Assembly (NCBI GenBank): GCA_047495785.1
Contig: JBLDXI010000009.1
Location: forward strand, 3,720,001-3,784,000
Length of the DNA stretch: 64,000 nucleotides
Direction of reading: 5' to 3'
Source of the DNA: Lepidodermella squamata
Lineage: Eukaryota; Animalia; Gastrotricha
This document shows, one piece after another, positions 20,721-33,288 of this stretch. The notes under the pieces were generated by a model. That model searched no databases. It had not been told where the DNA came from and saw nothing but the letters and a program-made list of their open reading frames with translations. A program made the translations under genes and the position numbers. Position 1 is the stretch's first letter; every line of letters starts with the position of its first letter.

Positions 20721-23364
20721 TTAGTAGCCGCAAGCCGTTGACGTGGCTTCTTGCTTGGCCGTTGTGCCGTCGTCGTCCATCGCGTGATTAGCGTGATCGG
20801 ACTCGCCGGGTGACGATACGGAGCTGGCGCCGCTGGACGTCGACGCGGCGCCGTGGTTGAGCGCGTTCGCGTAGGCGTAAAGGCACGCAGCGGCCGATGT
20901 GGTGCACGGCGTGGAGGCGGATGAGAGGGCGTCGGGCCCGCCCGTCGGCGGCGGCGTGCGGTTGAGAATCGCGTACGATGCGTTGCCGGCTTGGAATGTC
21001 GACGAAGATGCGACGAGAGGCGGCGATATTGCGCTCATGCCCTGTTAGCGATGGTGAACAACTAAAAATAGTCAATGAGCTCGAATGAGTCAAGGGGACG
21101 TAACGTAAAAGCACACCAATTTTTGTTTAACCCACCAGTAGTACCCATCTAAAAAGCTATGTAAGGTGTCTAAACGCAAGAAAAAGGTCTAAACAGAAAT
21201 CCTAACTTGTTTCAGCGTAACCAAATTTCAAAAAATTTCTCATTTTTCTCATTTGAGCATTTTTCTCAAAGTGATAATCATACCAAAAATCAAATAGAAT
21301 TTTTCAATGATTTTTTTCAATTTGTTTCATTTTTCCTACAATTTCCAAAGATGGCATTTTACGGGCTAATTTCGCATGGGTTTGGGTGAAATTTGGTTCC
21401 GCTAAAAGTAGAATCCATAAAGATTAACCGAACTATATGACTGAAATAATTTCTCCGATTCCAATGAAATAAAATTATTTCTATCATCCCTTTATCAAAT
21501 TAATAAAAAATTGAGCCCCACTTGATGGAGCCAAACTTTGAAAAAATTAAATTGCCAAACGATCATTGGCTTTAAACGCGTCGTGTTTTTTGGCTTAATT
21601 GTCTAGGCGCAAGTGACGGGACTTGAATGTCTGATGTCTGCACACCGATTAATTGCCAGAAGTTCAATTTAATTAGGTACAATAAATTGATGCGTGATTC
21701 TAGTATCATCACTTCTATCATCACTTTGAAAGCCATAATGATCATATTTTAATAAAATAATTTGAAAGGGGACATTTTTATTTTCGAGTTTTGGAATCGG
21801 CTTAAAAATTGACGAATTTACTAAAAATCTCTATCTTGGTGACATAATTACTGTGCAGGTCATAAAAATGAGCGAAATTCGACTGTAAGTCTAGTCATAA
21901 GATTTGGCGATTTAACTGACCCAATTTAACGCAATAAAATATCTTATTCATGACCTAGCTTCACAAGTCATGATAAGAAATAACCCAACTTTTCAGCTAC
22001 TCCTATAAAATTTCCTCACTATAATTGCTATGCTATATAATTTTACTAGTGTCATAAAACAATTAACGAAGTGAGATCGATGCAATAAAAACGGTGACTA
22101 ATCACATTACCGCTCTAAACGAAAATGAAAGAAGAAAAAGGCCGTGATTATCTTACATTTTGTCCAGCACCGTTGCCGAAATCGTGCGCTACGCCGAGAC
22201 TGCGGCCGTATGCGTCAGTTGCCACCGGGTTCGTCGCAGTGACGGCGCGGTAGAACTGGTCGAGTTGCGACGCGGTCGGCGGTAGCGTAGGCGCGACAAC
22301 GGCCGGCGCGCTCGACGCATTGTTGTGGTGGTTATTATTGTTGTGCTGGCGCTGGTTTCGCAGCTCCTTCTTGTACTTCATACGCCGGTTCTGGAACCAG
22401 ATTTTAACCTGCCGCTCAGTCAGGCTCAACTGGGCTGCCATTTCGATGCGCCGAGGCCGCGTCAAATACTTGTTATAATGAAATTCCTGGAAAAAAAATA
22501 AAAAAATTTAGGAAAAATTGTCCAAAAATTCTAAATCCCAAATAATTCCCAACATCAAGATGAAAAATAATCTAACCTTTTCGAGTTCGACAAGTTGGGA
22601 CGAGGTGTAAGCAGTCCGGGCGCGTTTGCCCTCTCGCGATTCGCGGTTGCTGGCACTCGAACCGCCGCTACTGGTGACGACGTTATTGGCGCCATTTTTC
22701 GCCGACGCCACCTTTTTGCCACCCGAAGCCGCGGAAGATGGAAGACTAGACGCGCCCGAGCTGGACGTAGAAGACGCGGATAAACACGTTTTGTTAGGCG
22801 AAGAATTTGGCTCTAAAAAAATCCGCAGAAATATAATTTAAGAAGGATTTTTCAATAATTTTTAATACCTTGTTTCCGTTGGCTGTTAGAGATTTGCGGT
22901 TTTGACGTTGGCGAGTCGATCTGCAGTTTCGGAGTGACGGCGGCGATGTTAAGGGTCGGCTTGACAGCCGCCATCGTGTTGTTGGCGCCTGCGAACCAGC
23001 CGTACGAAGACATCGCGTCATAGGTCGGCTGTTGACTGGCGCCGAAGTCGATGTAGCCGGGCGATTTCATGGCGGCATGGTGGTGCAGCGGCTGGGTCGA
23101 AAACGCCGTACCGAACTGGCCGGCCTGGTTGAACAGGCTGGAGAAGTCGGTTCCGGTGGGCGCGGCGCCGAGAAGTTGGCTGTAGTCGCCGTAAGAATGG
23201 TGCTGCTGTTGCTGCGGCTGCTGCAACTGCTGCTGTTGCTGGTACCATTGGGCTGCCGCGGCTGCCACGGCCGACTGCGAGGCGACGGCGGTCGACGGAG
23301 CCGCGCTTGACACGCCGCCTGTTGGCACGGCGCCAGGGTTGTAATAACCACCGAGTCGGTTCAT
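20721..23364 (-). CDS. Hox3: Hox paralogy group 3 homeodomain transcription factor (~460 aa)
   Basis: Exons 22869-23364, 22577-22812, 22157-22486, 20721-21041, all GT-AG and in phase. Homeodomain [59 protein letters not shown] has the group-3 diagnostic [27 protein letters not shown] and RMKYKK. Confidence 0.9.
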
Positions 23365-23629
23365 CGCTTGATTGCAATTTAACGGCCGACACTTAACAGG
23401 ACGTCGTTTATAGAAAGATAACGTAAAAAAGTCAAGTTTTTTTGCCTAGATCACAATTTAATGACACCTTATTAAAAAATAATTTAACCAGGCAAGAAAT
23501 AGTGTGGTGATAATTTGAATAACGACATCATGGTAATTACGATAATTTAAAATGCCTCAGCTTATTCGGCAACGAGATGATGATGATGATGATGATCGCC
23601 GTCGTTATAAAGTAGTTTTTGCCTAATGG

Positions 23630-23800
23630 CGACATTTTGTGCGGTGCGCCAGCGGCGGTGTGAGCGCGTTCACTCGAGCGCGGCCTGGCCAATGAGCGCG
23701 CGCGCCGCTCGCCGCGCCGGCCAATCAGCGACGAGCACGCACTGTGGTAACGAAACGCGCGCGCTCGCAGCCCACGCCGTGGATTCAAGTCGTAAAAAGA
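23630..23800. promoter_or_regulatory. Candidate Hox3 promoter: GC/CpG-rich patch with two CCAAT boxes
   Basis: GGCCAATGAG (~23687) and GGCCAATCAG (~23719) within GCGC runs ~330 nt upstream of the Hox3 ATG. Confidence 0.4.
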
Positions 23801-25540
23801 TCATTAGGGTCGCTGCCTGCCAGCCGACCAGCCGGCTGCGTCATGTTATGCTTTCGAAAGCCGAGTTCAACTTATTTGTGTTGTTCTTCTGCTCGCAAAT
23901 GATCATGATCATGATCGCACAGGCACAGGGAGAGATGATCGTGATTACGACGTTCGGCAGGCAATCGGAAACAGGCGAACTCTAGGGCTAGAAACGGCAA
24001 AGTCATTAGCGAATCCTGAGAAAGCTATAGGCGAAGCAGATGCAGATGAGGCGGCTGTTGTTTATGAAATATTTATGCAATTCTTGACGTGGTAATTTTT
24101 CAAAAATGCTCTCGAAGAATAAACGCAAAGCTAGCCGCGCCTCGCCCTGCCAAAACCAGCCACCTCGAATAATATATTAGCGAATAATAATATAATAATA
24201 ACAAATATCAATGAATAAAGCAAGACGCCGCCGAAAAAGGATCTAGGACTCGAAGTGCGTGACCTGCGCGCATTTTTGACGCCTTCTGCGCGCGCGCGCA
24301 AAGTGCGCAAAAACGTGTCATCATTATTGTCTTGTCATTACTCACGCGTATAATTCGGTTATTTTCTTACACCCGATTGTAAAACCGCAACAACCGCGGA
24401 GTTAACAGCCGGCATGTGTTGCGCTTCTTCACTACAATTTTTCTCTCAGTTTCACAAAGAAAAGTAGCCGCCGCCGCCGGGTCATTAACACGCTCATTTT
24501 TCGTCAAGTCAAGAGTGAAAAACAATTGTATATGATAATAAAATACCTGTTCTTCAAAGCGCCGCTGTATTGAACACATGTTACTCAACACGCGGTGTTG
24601 TTTTAAAAATAATATAATTATACATAATACCCTGTTGCGGGTGATGAGTTTTTGACGAGCCGCGGGAACCACATCGTTCTCACACTTGACTGTCAAAAGT
24701 ATGAGCGGCAACTTTTTTCGCCACCAACGCGCATCGTTTGCTTGACACTTTTCGCCAACGCACCGAGTCGCTATTTTCGGCCGGCGGTGGTATCAAAAGC
24801 GAGCGAGCGGGCTCAACGGCTAACGGTGACTTTCTTTGAAACCGAAACCGCACCCGCCGCCGCGCGTGTGCGTGTTTGTCTTAATTGAATTAAAAATCTT
24901 GCTACATCGATAGAAACCAGGGTCATTAATCATGTCAATGTCATGTTGCTGTTATTGAGTAACCAACCAACCGCGTCTCGAGCGTTATTACCGATGTTGC
25001 GCAACTTTTACGACCCGGTCCTGGTGTTACGAAAGTTCATGAGCGTGCCTAGAACGCCTTTTCCACGGTGACCCAGGAAGTCCGGCATTTTTTTTCTCTC
25101 CAGATCTTGACCTCTTAAAATTTCACTCGAGTCAAGAGCTACCGTTGCGATGATGATGTTAATGATAGGGTTAATGAAATAATCGATGGATACGCATCTC
25201 AGTGGGTCGGTTGATGTCAAGTACCTGTGCGCGCGCGCGGTCGTGTGTTAATTACAGGGCGCGTGTGCGCATAACTTATGAGCGGCGAGCGCGACCGTCA
25301 CGAATAAGGCTCGCGACCTGTCAACCGCTGCCGAACGAACTGTTGGGCGCGGCGCTATTGAAATTTTAATCAACCACGACTCCCTTTCAAACTCGCCACC
25401 CCGCGAGTCGGTTTTTCGCTTTGTTCCTGCTGCGCAATATTGATTTCAATGCAAACCAAGGCGGAACCGGATATATGAAAATCGAATGACGAATAACATG
25501 TCTGGTTGATAGAGGATGAGAAAAAAATTCAAAAATCACA

Positions 25541-27431
25541 ATGTCGAAAAAAATGGAATCGATTATAATTTTTTCATTGATATGTTCGTTAATCAACGCG
25601 CAATCAATCAACGAGATGGATGAAGCGGTAATTAATGATGTAATTGAATTTTTGAAATTTCGAATTTTTGTCGTTGAAAAACAGTGCGCCAATGCTAGTA
25701 GTCGGGTGATGAATGAAGCTCAAGCGTATTTCGCTCCCCGCCCGATAAATGAAGTCGACGTTACGGCCTATATTTTTCAATTGAACAACGTTAACGCCGC
25801 AAGAAGTTTGAAAAATATTGTGTGAATTTTCACAAGGAATCTATGATTTTCCTTTCAGATACTTTCGATCTCAGTGTGATATTGGAGCTAACTTGGTTCG
25901 ACCCTCGTTTAAGCTACTTGGATACAGGCTGCGAAATACCGTTATTTGTCGACAAAATTTCAAGCATTTGGTAGAGACTGAATAATTGTATCAAAAAATG
26001 ACAAAAATTCACATTATCTAGGCATCCGACTGTCGGTATCCTGAATGCAGCCGGGCCTCTAGATCAGGGCGGCGTTAAGGAGAGAAGTGCCAAAGTCCTC
26101 AGGGATGGCGTTGTACAATGGCGGATAGGCACTAGCCTCACGCTAATTTGCCGATATGACGTCCGAGCGGTAGTTTTTTTGGGTGATTATTGGCCTAAAT
26201 TCAGCCTATTTCTTTCCAGTTCCCGTTCGATTATCAATTGTGCTTCATCTGTAATTTTTTTTAGAGCAGATTTTTTTTTAAATTTTTTTTCTCTCACAAT
26301 TTCAGCGGTCATTAGTCAGGTCTACTTTCAGTCTTGGTTTTGGACGGGTATAAGCTTCAAACCCACTAAATATTATAATGATTATTCATTTCCTCATATT
26401 ATAGCGATGAAGAAACAGTATTGCGTGATGACTGATCCCCTCGACATGCTGGGTGTTGATTTTATGCCGAGTAAAAACTTTGGAGGTCTGCAATTCTATA
26501 CGAGATCGGTAACGCAACTGCCACTGTGGCGCGTCACTAAATCCTGCTCCTTTACGCAAAGGGAAGATCTGGCCTCAAATATATTTCTCGCCTTTCAAAT
26601 GGAACGCAGATCAAGGGTTTATGTACCCTTTCTTTTCATACCGTAAATTTTTAATGATTTTTCTAAATGTTAATTTTTTCTGACTTTTTAACTTTTGGAA
26701 ATTTTTAATATTTAATTTTGAAATTTTTTTGAAATTTGAAATTTGAAATTTGAAATTTTGAAATTTTTTGAAATTTGAAATTTTGAAATTTTTTGAAATT
26801 TGAAATTTTGAAATTTTATGAAATTTGAAATTTTGAAATTTTTTGAAATTTGAAATTTTGAAATTTTTTGAAATTTGAAATTTTGAAATTTTTTGAAATT
26901 TGAAATTTTGAAATTTTTTGAAATTTGAAATTTTGAAATTTTTGTAATTTTTACTTTACTTTCAGAATGATAATCGTCTCGATTATTCAGGCGGCTATGT
27001 TTACCGATGATTTATTGGGCGAGAAAATCAGCATTCCTATCACCGCTTTGCTGGCTTATTTTTTCTTGATCGCTTCGATCGCCGACGCCATACCACCATC
27101 ATCCGACAGCATGCCCTACGTCACTTTCCTATTTACCTTTCTGCTGTTCGACGGCGCCGGCGCAACGCTAGCGTCGGCTTTTATTTGCAATTTCGCCGAG
27201 CAAACCAGCGATCCCGAGTCGGAGGAAACGCGCCGCAAAGTTCGCCGCCTCAACATGATAGCGCTTATTTGCTATACCGTCATCACAGCAGCGGCTTATA
27301 TCGCTTATTTTGTTAAAGTTTTGGCATTTCCGCCCGACCTTCCATCGCTGCATCCCAACTGCACGATGATGCCGATCACCTGGATGAATATTACAACAGA
27401 GTTTGCAAGCCATAACATGCAAAGCAAATAG
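25541..27431 (+). CDS. Divergent Cys-loop pLGIC subunit C (7 exons)
   Basis: Exons 25541-25627, 25685-25805, 25859-25970, 26022-26169, 26220-26250, 26306-26642, 26966-27431. Signal peptide, WFDPRL, IWHP, CRYDVRAFPFDYQLC, GEKISIPITALLAY, four TM helices. Confidence 0.88.
26720..26943. repeat. GAAAT(n) minisatellite with a 25-nt higher-order unit (GAAATTT-GAAATTTT-GAAATTTTTT), ~8 copies, in the last intron of pLGIC-C
   Basis: Directly visible. Confidence 0.92.
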
Positions 27432-27536
27432 GAAACGGCAAAAACACTTGCAAAAATTATTATATATATTTTTTTCAAAAATTCTATCTATTTTTTCTGC
27501 TGATGTTGGACAATTTGAAGTAAAATATATTTTTCG

Positions 27537-29131
27537 ATGGTTTCACCGCTGATTGGTTTTATTTGGCTGATAATTGCTGTAGCGAGTCAACAACCAGATC
27601 TGCAATGCTGGGACACGCCGAATTCAACGGTGAAAAATAATTTAAAAAATTGAAAAAATTCTAAAAAAAATTCCCCAGGACGCTTGCAATACCGTGGCCA
27701 ATGACATATTATCAGGAAGCCTTAGAAAGTCGATTTTGCCCCACTACGCTACGACCGGGATAACTCAAGTTAAATTCAGAACTGGTATATCAGTTGTTGA
27801 TCAAGTCGACGCCATTTCGCAAACTGTCAGCATGCAACTTCAATTTCTGGTCAGGTGTGGATGATAGAAATTTGTTTGCCACTCAAAACTCTTTTTCTTC
27901 TCCTTCAGCTGGAGTGACCCTGGAATCCTCGCTATGTACAACAAAAATAAGCCGTGCATGAAAAAAGTTACAGTCGACAAAGCATCTACTGTATTTAAAA
28001 ATCCTGGTTAATCAATGTTTTTTGTAAAATTTTCCGTTCTCCAGATTTGGATCCCCTCATTTGTCATAATGAATGCGGCAAATGACATCAATTACGGAGC
28101 TTTGAAAGAGGTTCCCCTGCAGTTGAAGAACCCTACAGATTTGCCATCGGGCTCGATTTGGTGGCAAATCATGGATTATTTCACGATTTCCTGCCGTTTT
28201 CAAGTCTACTGGTAATTTTTCAGTAAAATCCAAAGGAACGAATTTATGTTTTTATATAAATTTTGCAGGTTTCCTTATGATGTTCAGGTAATTTTTAAAC
28301 TTTAAATTTTTAAATTCAAATTTTTAAATTTTGAAGAATTGCGAAATTAATATAGTCAATCAGCTATACGAAATGCCACCGAAAGATAACCGAAACATGA
28401 AACCCGGCGCTGCCTACTTGGATTTCACGTGGTATAGCCCGACTGATCCTAATTTGTATTTCACACTGGGCAAACAATCAGCCGATTTGCCTCTTTGGTC
28501 CCTGCAAAAAGGCTGCCATTACACGAATTACTCATGGCCAGGGCCGAATATTAATTTTCGATTTCGGATAGACCGAAAGCCCATGTATTATTGGATCAAC
28601 ATAATTTTACCGATAATTTTGACCAGTATCCTAATGGCCTTTACGTTCATGCTAGCGCCGGGTAATGGCGAGAAGGTCACCTATGCTATGACAATTCTTC
28701 TCGCTTTTCTTGTCCTTCTATTTTCTGTCACTGATTCTTTACCTGCTGAGTCGCAAAATATTCCTATTTTAACTATTTTCCTGGTTGTGCTACTGCTGAC
28801 GAGTACCCTAGCCACGCTGGTCTGCGCCCTGATTCGAAAGCTAGCTATGCACGAAGACACGCGAAAATCGGCCGAGCGGTTGAATTTAGGGTGTCTAATT
28901 GGTTACATCGCGGTGACCGCCATCGAGTACATTGGTGTTTTGGTGGTTTTCGCCACTCGAATGGGCCCGTCTCAGGTTGAACAAGAGCTAGCTGGCGGAT
29001 GTACGTACAGCGGACCGAATTGCGATGACGTATATGTATCGATCACGGAAGGGGCTCGAGCATACCTCGAAGGACGCGACATCTATAGCGCTGGCAAAAT
29101 GTGCTTCACCTCGAAAAACGCAACTTATTAA
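27537..29131 (+). CDS. Divergent Cys-loop pLGIC subunit D (6 exons)
   Basis: Signal peptide MVSPLIGFIWLIIAVAS, WSDP, IWIP, CRFQVYWFPYDVQNC (includes 19-nt exon 28269-28287), DRKPMYY, GEKVTYAMTILLAF. Last exon 28337-29131. Confidence 0.9.
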
Positions 29132-29314
29132 TTAAAAAATATTTTATTTGACCTATCATATGACGACAGTTTTCTCTCATAAAATGTGAAAATTCCGATT
29201 GATTCAGTCGGATATTGGAAACGTAGATATGGTAAATAAACTTGACGTAAGAGCAAACAGTCGAAACTGAAGTTGGAAAAATCATTTTTTTTCAAGTAAA
29301 ATTTATTCACGAAA

Positions 29315-31189
29315 ATGAAACTCACCATCTTTTTGTTAACCGCTATCGGGTCACTAAAACATTGCAACTCACAGCAGAGCAATGCTACAACAACGGTTGA
29401 CAATCAACCGAAATTGAGCGCGGTAAAGATCGTTTTTTTGTTGATTTTAGCTGGTCTCGAAAATTTTCGATATATTTCAGTGTGAAATAGCCGCCACCTA
29501 CATTTCGAACAAACTGTACACGAGTACGCTGCCTGAGCAGAGGACGAAAATTAACGTTCAAATAGTTGGTCTTAAAATATGGAAATTTTTTAAAGCTATA
29601 ATTTTGCTGTCTTACAGGGCATAGGCAGCATCGATAGCGTAGATCCTGTGACTGAAACGGTTAATGTTGGCTTTGGCTTGACCTTCACGTGGACTGACCG
29701 TCGGTTGAAGTACGATTCGACCAACTGTTCCATGCCATTACTCATCGATAAAATAAGCAACATTTGGTAAACAAATATTCGAATATATATAACAAAATTA
29801 TGTACTAATTCCCTCCAAGGTATCCGAGTGTTTTGATTGACAATTCAGCAACGGATTTGGACTTTGGCAGCTTGAAAGAACGTAGTGCAGTTATCGAGCC
29901 GTCAGGAAAGATAACGTGGTCAGTGCTGCTGTACTCGACAATTGCTTGTCAAATGGATATAACTTACGTAAGAGTGCTTCATTCTTGCAATTTCCATATA
30001 CTTTGAGTGCATTGCACTGCTCCTATCAGTTTCCATTCGACATCCAAGCCTGTGAGATCGCCTTGAAAAGGTGAGGCATATAAGGCTTATTACTTTAAAA
30101 ATTTTATATTTAATATTTCAGTCCTGCAAACCCGTCTCTATTTTACAATAATGGTGAGCATGTTAGAAATAAGGCTGAAAGAACGCTGAAAAGATTGTTT
30201 CCCTCTTAAATTAGCGATGAAAAAGGACTATCCTAACGATCCGTCCTACAAGTATTATCTGGAATTTTTGGCGCCGTTAAGTGGGGACATCAAATTCACG
30301 AAAGAGTCAATCCATCTTTCTCTGTGGGATATCACGGGCGGCTGTGGCTACAGTATTGGAGACGACCCGAGCCCTAACTATTACTTTCTGTTTCGTCTCG
30401 AACGGCTTCCGCAATACTATCTCATCACCTTGGTTTTGCCATTGTTCTCAGTATCTGCTCTGATGGCAACTGCCTTCACAGGTAACTTTCCTTTCCTTTC
30501 CTTTCCTTTCCTTTCCTTTCCTTTCCTTTCCTTTCCTTTCCTTTCCTTTCCTTTCCTTTCCTTTCCTTTCCTTTCCTTTCCTTTCCTTTCCTTTCCTTTC
30601 CTTTCCTTTCCTTTCCTTTCCTTTCCTTTCCTTTCCTTTCCTTTCCTTTCCTTTCCTTTCCTTTCCTTTCCTTTCCTTTCCTTTCCTTTCCTTTCCTTTC
30701 CTTTCCTTTCCTTTCCTTTCCTTTCCTTTCCTTTCCTTTCCAACCCAACCACTAAGCTCCCGTATTTACTATTTTATTCCAGCCGATGCTATGGACGAGG
30801 AGAAGGTCAGCATAGCCATAAATGGTCTCCTCTCCTACTTTTTCCTGTTTCAAATTATTCAAAGCCTTCTACCAGCCAATTCCGAGACAACCCCCATTCT
30901 ACTGTTTTTCCTCGCCTTCCTTCTCATCATCGGCGCCATAGTCGTTTTCGTGGCCGCCTTCATTCGAAACCTAGCTGTTCGCGCTGAACTGGAAGACTCG
31001 TTGAAACTGCGCCGATTAGCCCACCGACTGAACTTGATTTCCCTCATCTCTTACAGCGGTGTCACCCTGTTGTCATATATCATCGTTTTTCTATGGCTGA
31101 AATTGACGCAAGATGCTCAGCGGGAGTCGAGCTACGGGGCGATAACAGACGCAGCCTGCACAATTGCAGCCCCGAAACTGTTCGAGTGA
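29315..31189 (+). CDS. Divergent Cys-loop pLGIC subunit E (8 exons)
   Basis: Signal peptide MKLTIFLLTAIGSLKHCNS, WTDRRL, IWYP, CQMDITYFPFDIQAC, ERLPQYY, EEKVSIAINGLLSY. Last intron 30482-30782. Confidence 0.9.
30486..30741. repeat. (TTTCC)n microsatellite, ~51 units, filling most of the last intron of pLGIC-E
   Basis: Directly visible; starts within the first 5 nt of the intron (GTAA, then the repeat). Confidence 0.98.
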
Positions 31190-31399
31190 AGCGACGACAT
31201 GCCAGTACATAATATTGACCCGAAACGTTTCGGCAGAATCGAATAATATTGATCTTGTGAAAAAACAAGGAAATTGCGTCTAGTTCAGATTTTCTGTGTA
31301 AATAAAAAAAATAATATTTTTCTGCAACACGGAATCGATTGACTGACGTATTCCAACATAATTTCATTTCGAAATCATTTTTTACGCGGTTTATTTCAA

Positions 31400-33105
31400 A
31401 TGATGTGGTCGTTTTTGGCCACCCTAATCCTTCTCTTAAATGGGAAAGTTACGGGAGCGGATTCGAACGCGACCAGCACGGCTGAACCAGAACCGACTCT
31501 CAGTCCAGTAAAATAAATCAACTTCGATTTTCTGCAAATTACTTTGATTTTTCTTCGTTTCAAAGTGTGAAATGGCGGCGGAAATTTTGCTTAACGATTC
31601 GCTCGCGTCGACTCAGCCGTCGCGGATGATGAAGATCACGACTAGAATGGTTCCAATAGCTATTTATAATTGTACATAAGCCGACTTATTTTTTTCAGCA
31701 AATCATCAGCATTCTCAGCATCGATCCGATAACTGAAACGGTGAATATGGGCTTCAATATCGAATATTCGTGGGTTGACGATCGGAAAAATTACGAAAGC
31801 ACCGGCTGCACAATGCCGCTTATCGTCGATCGAGTCAACTCGATATGGTAAAAAAATCATAGTAATTCCTAAAAAAAAACATGAAATTTCAATTTTAGGT
31901 ATCCAATTTTTTTCATTCAAAATTCGGCCGGCGAGTTGGATTTCGGAGCTCTCAAAGAACGCCAGGCTGTTGCATCCCCTGATGGTAAGTTTTTCACCAA
32001 TTTTTCCCAAAAAATACACTCTTTGTAGGTTCAGTAAAATGGCCGCTGTTTTTGTCTGTTGCGATAACTTGCACGATGGATATAACATACGTAAATTCGG
32101 CTTTGATTTCCTAGTAATTGACGACAGATTTTTCGAACTTTAGTTCCCTTTCGACATTCAAGTTTGCCCGATCGCCGTCGCCAGGTAATTTTTTTATAAT
32201 TGTTTGTCAACTCGCAATGTATGAACCTTTACGAAAGTTCGGAATCCCTCAACGAAAAATTCGCTATTGGCCAGAGCATCGTGACGAACGACACCAGTGG
32301 CATTGCTAGTCTCGATTTCGTACCAGCCACCAAATGGCCACTTCAATTCTACGAGGGCGCATTGGAAATGCCGCTTTGGGACATTACTGGCGGCTGTGTT
32401 TACACCATGCCAACGTACATTCAAGGAAACATCTTGTTTCTTTTCAGAGTTGAACGTAAGCTGAACAATTGAGGTTTGATCTATACAAAAGTTGAATTTT
32501 TTTCAGGCCGACCTAGTCACTACATGATAACTCTAATAATTCCGACTTTTGTTGTATCTTGCTTGATGGCAATCACATTCGCAGGTATTTAAATTTGAAA
32601 AAATTTAAATTTAAAAAAATTTAAATTTTAAAATTTAATTTTCAATAATTTTCATTTCAATTTTTTATTTTTTAAATTTTCAGCCGACCAAGCCGACGAT
32701 GAAAAAATCAGCATTGCTATCACTGGTCTTTTGTCTTATTTTTTCTTGCTGTCTGTCATCACAGCGCAAGTTCCGAAAAATTCTGTTTCTCTGCCATATT
32801 TGATTTACTTCTACGTCATTCTACTCATAACCGGCACCATCGTCACCTTTCTGTCCGCAATCGTCGGCAATCTGACGTCACGGGCTGAAAACGCTGGCAA
32901 AAACGCGCGTCGCTACGAACGCCTAGCTTGGTTGATCAACTATTCGTCACTGGCAATTTATTGTCTTGTTACACTTATCATATACATGTATTTTTTCATC
33001 ATGTTCAAAAAGTGGCAAGTTGACAATCACTTCACAATGGGCGGGATGACTGATGCCAAGTGCAATATCACCGAGCCGGAAATTTGGCTGAAAGCTGACA
33101 GCTGA
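31400..33105 (+). CDS. Divergent Cys-loop pLGIC subunit F (9 exons), closest to E
   Basis: Signal peptide MMWSFLATLILLLNGKVTG, WVDDR, IWYP, CTMDITYFPFDIQVC, ERRPSHY, DEKISIAITGLLSY. Confidence 0.88.
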
Positions 33106-33288
33106 AAGATAATGAAAAAATTGCAAAAAAACATGTGCATTTTTTCGATGTTTTGGTGTTAATAAAAAATAGAGTGTTTGTTTTATAAACGGAAATTGAA
33201 AATCGAATATAAGCTGAGTAGATGCGGACAATTCTGCATGACAAATTCTGTGGCTTGAAAATAAAGCAAAAAAAACTGCTGAGTAGAA

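Noticed and set aside
20788-23392. Many overlapping alternative-frame and antisense ORFs over Hox3
   Set aside because: Expected in GC-rich coding sequence; no motifs or splice support.
23400-25500. Hox-associated microRNA (miR-10/miR-993): TACCCTGTTG at ~24628 and TACCTGT...ACAGGG at ~25222-25259
   Set aside because: Only 7-8 nt matches; I could find no full mature sequence or ~60-nt hairpin by eye. An Rfam/Infernal scan would be decisive.
30417-30752. KERKG and FPFLS repeat ORFs, including the 256-aa 30217-30987 ORF
   Set aside because: Read-through of intron 30482-30782; splicing restores M1-M2 of pLGIC-E.
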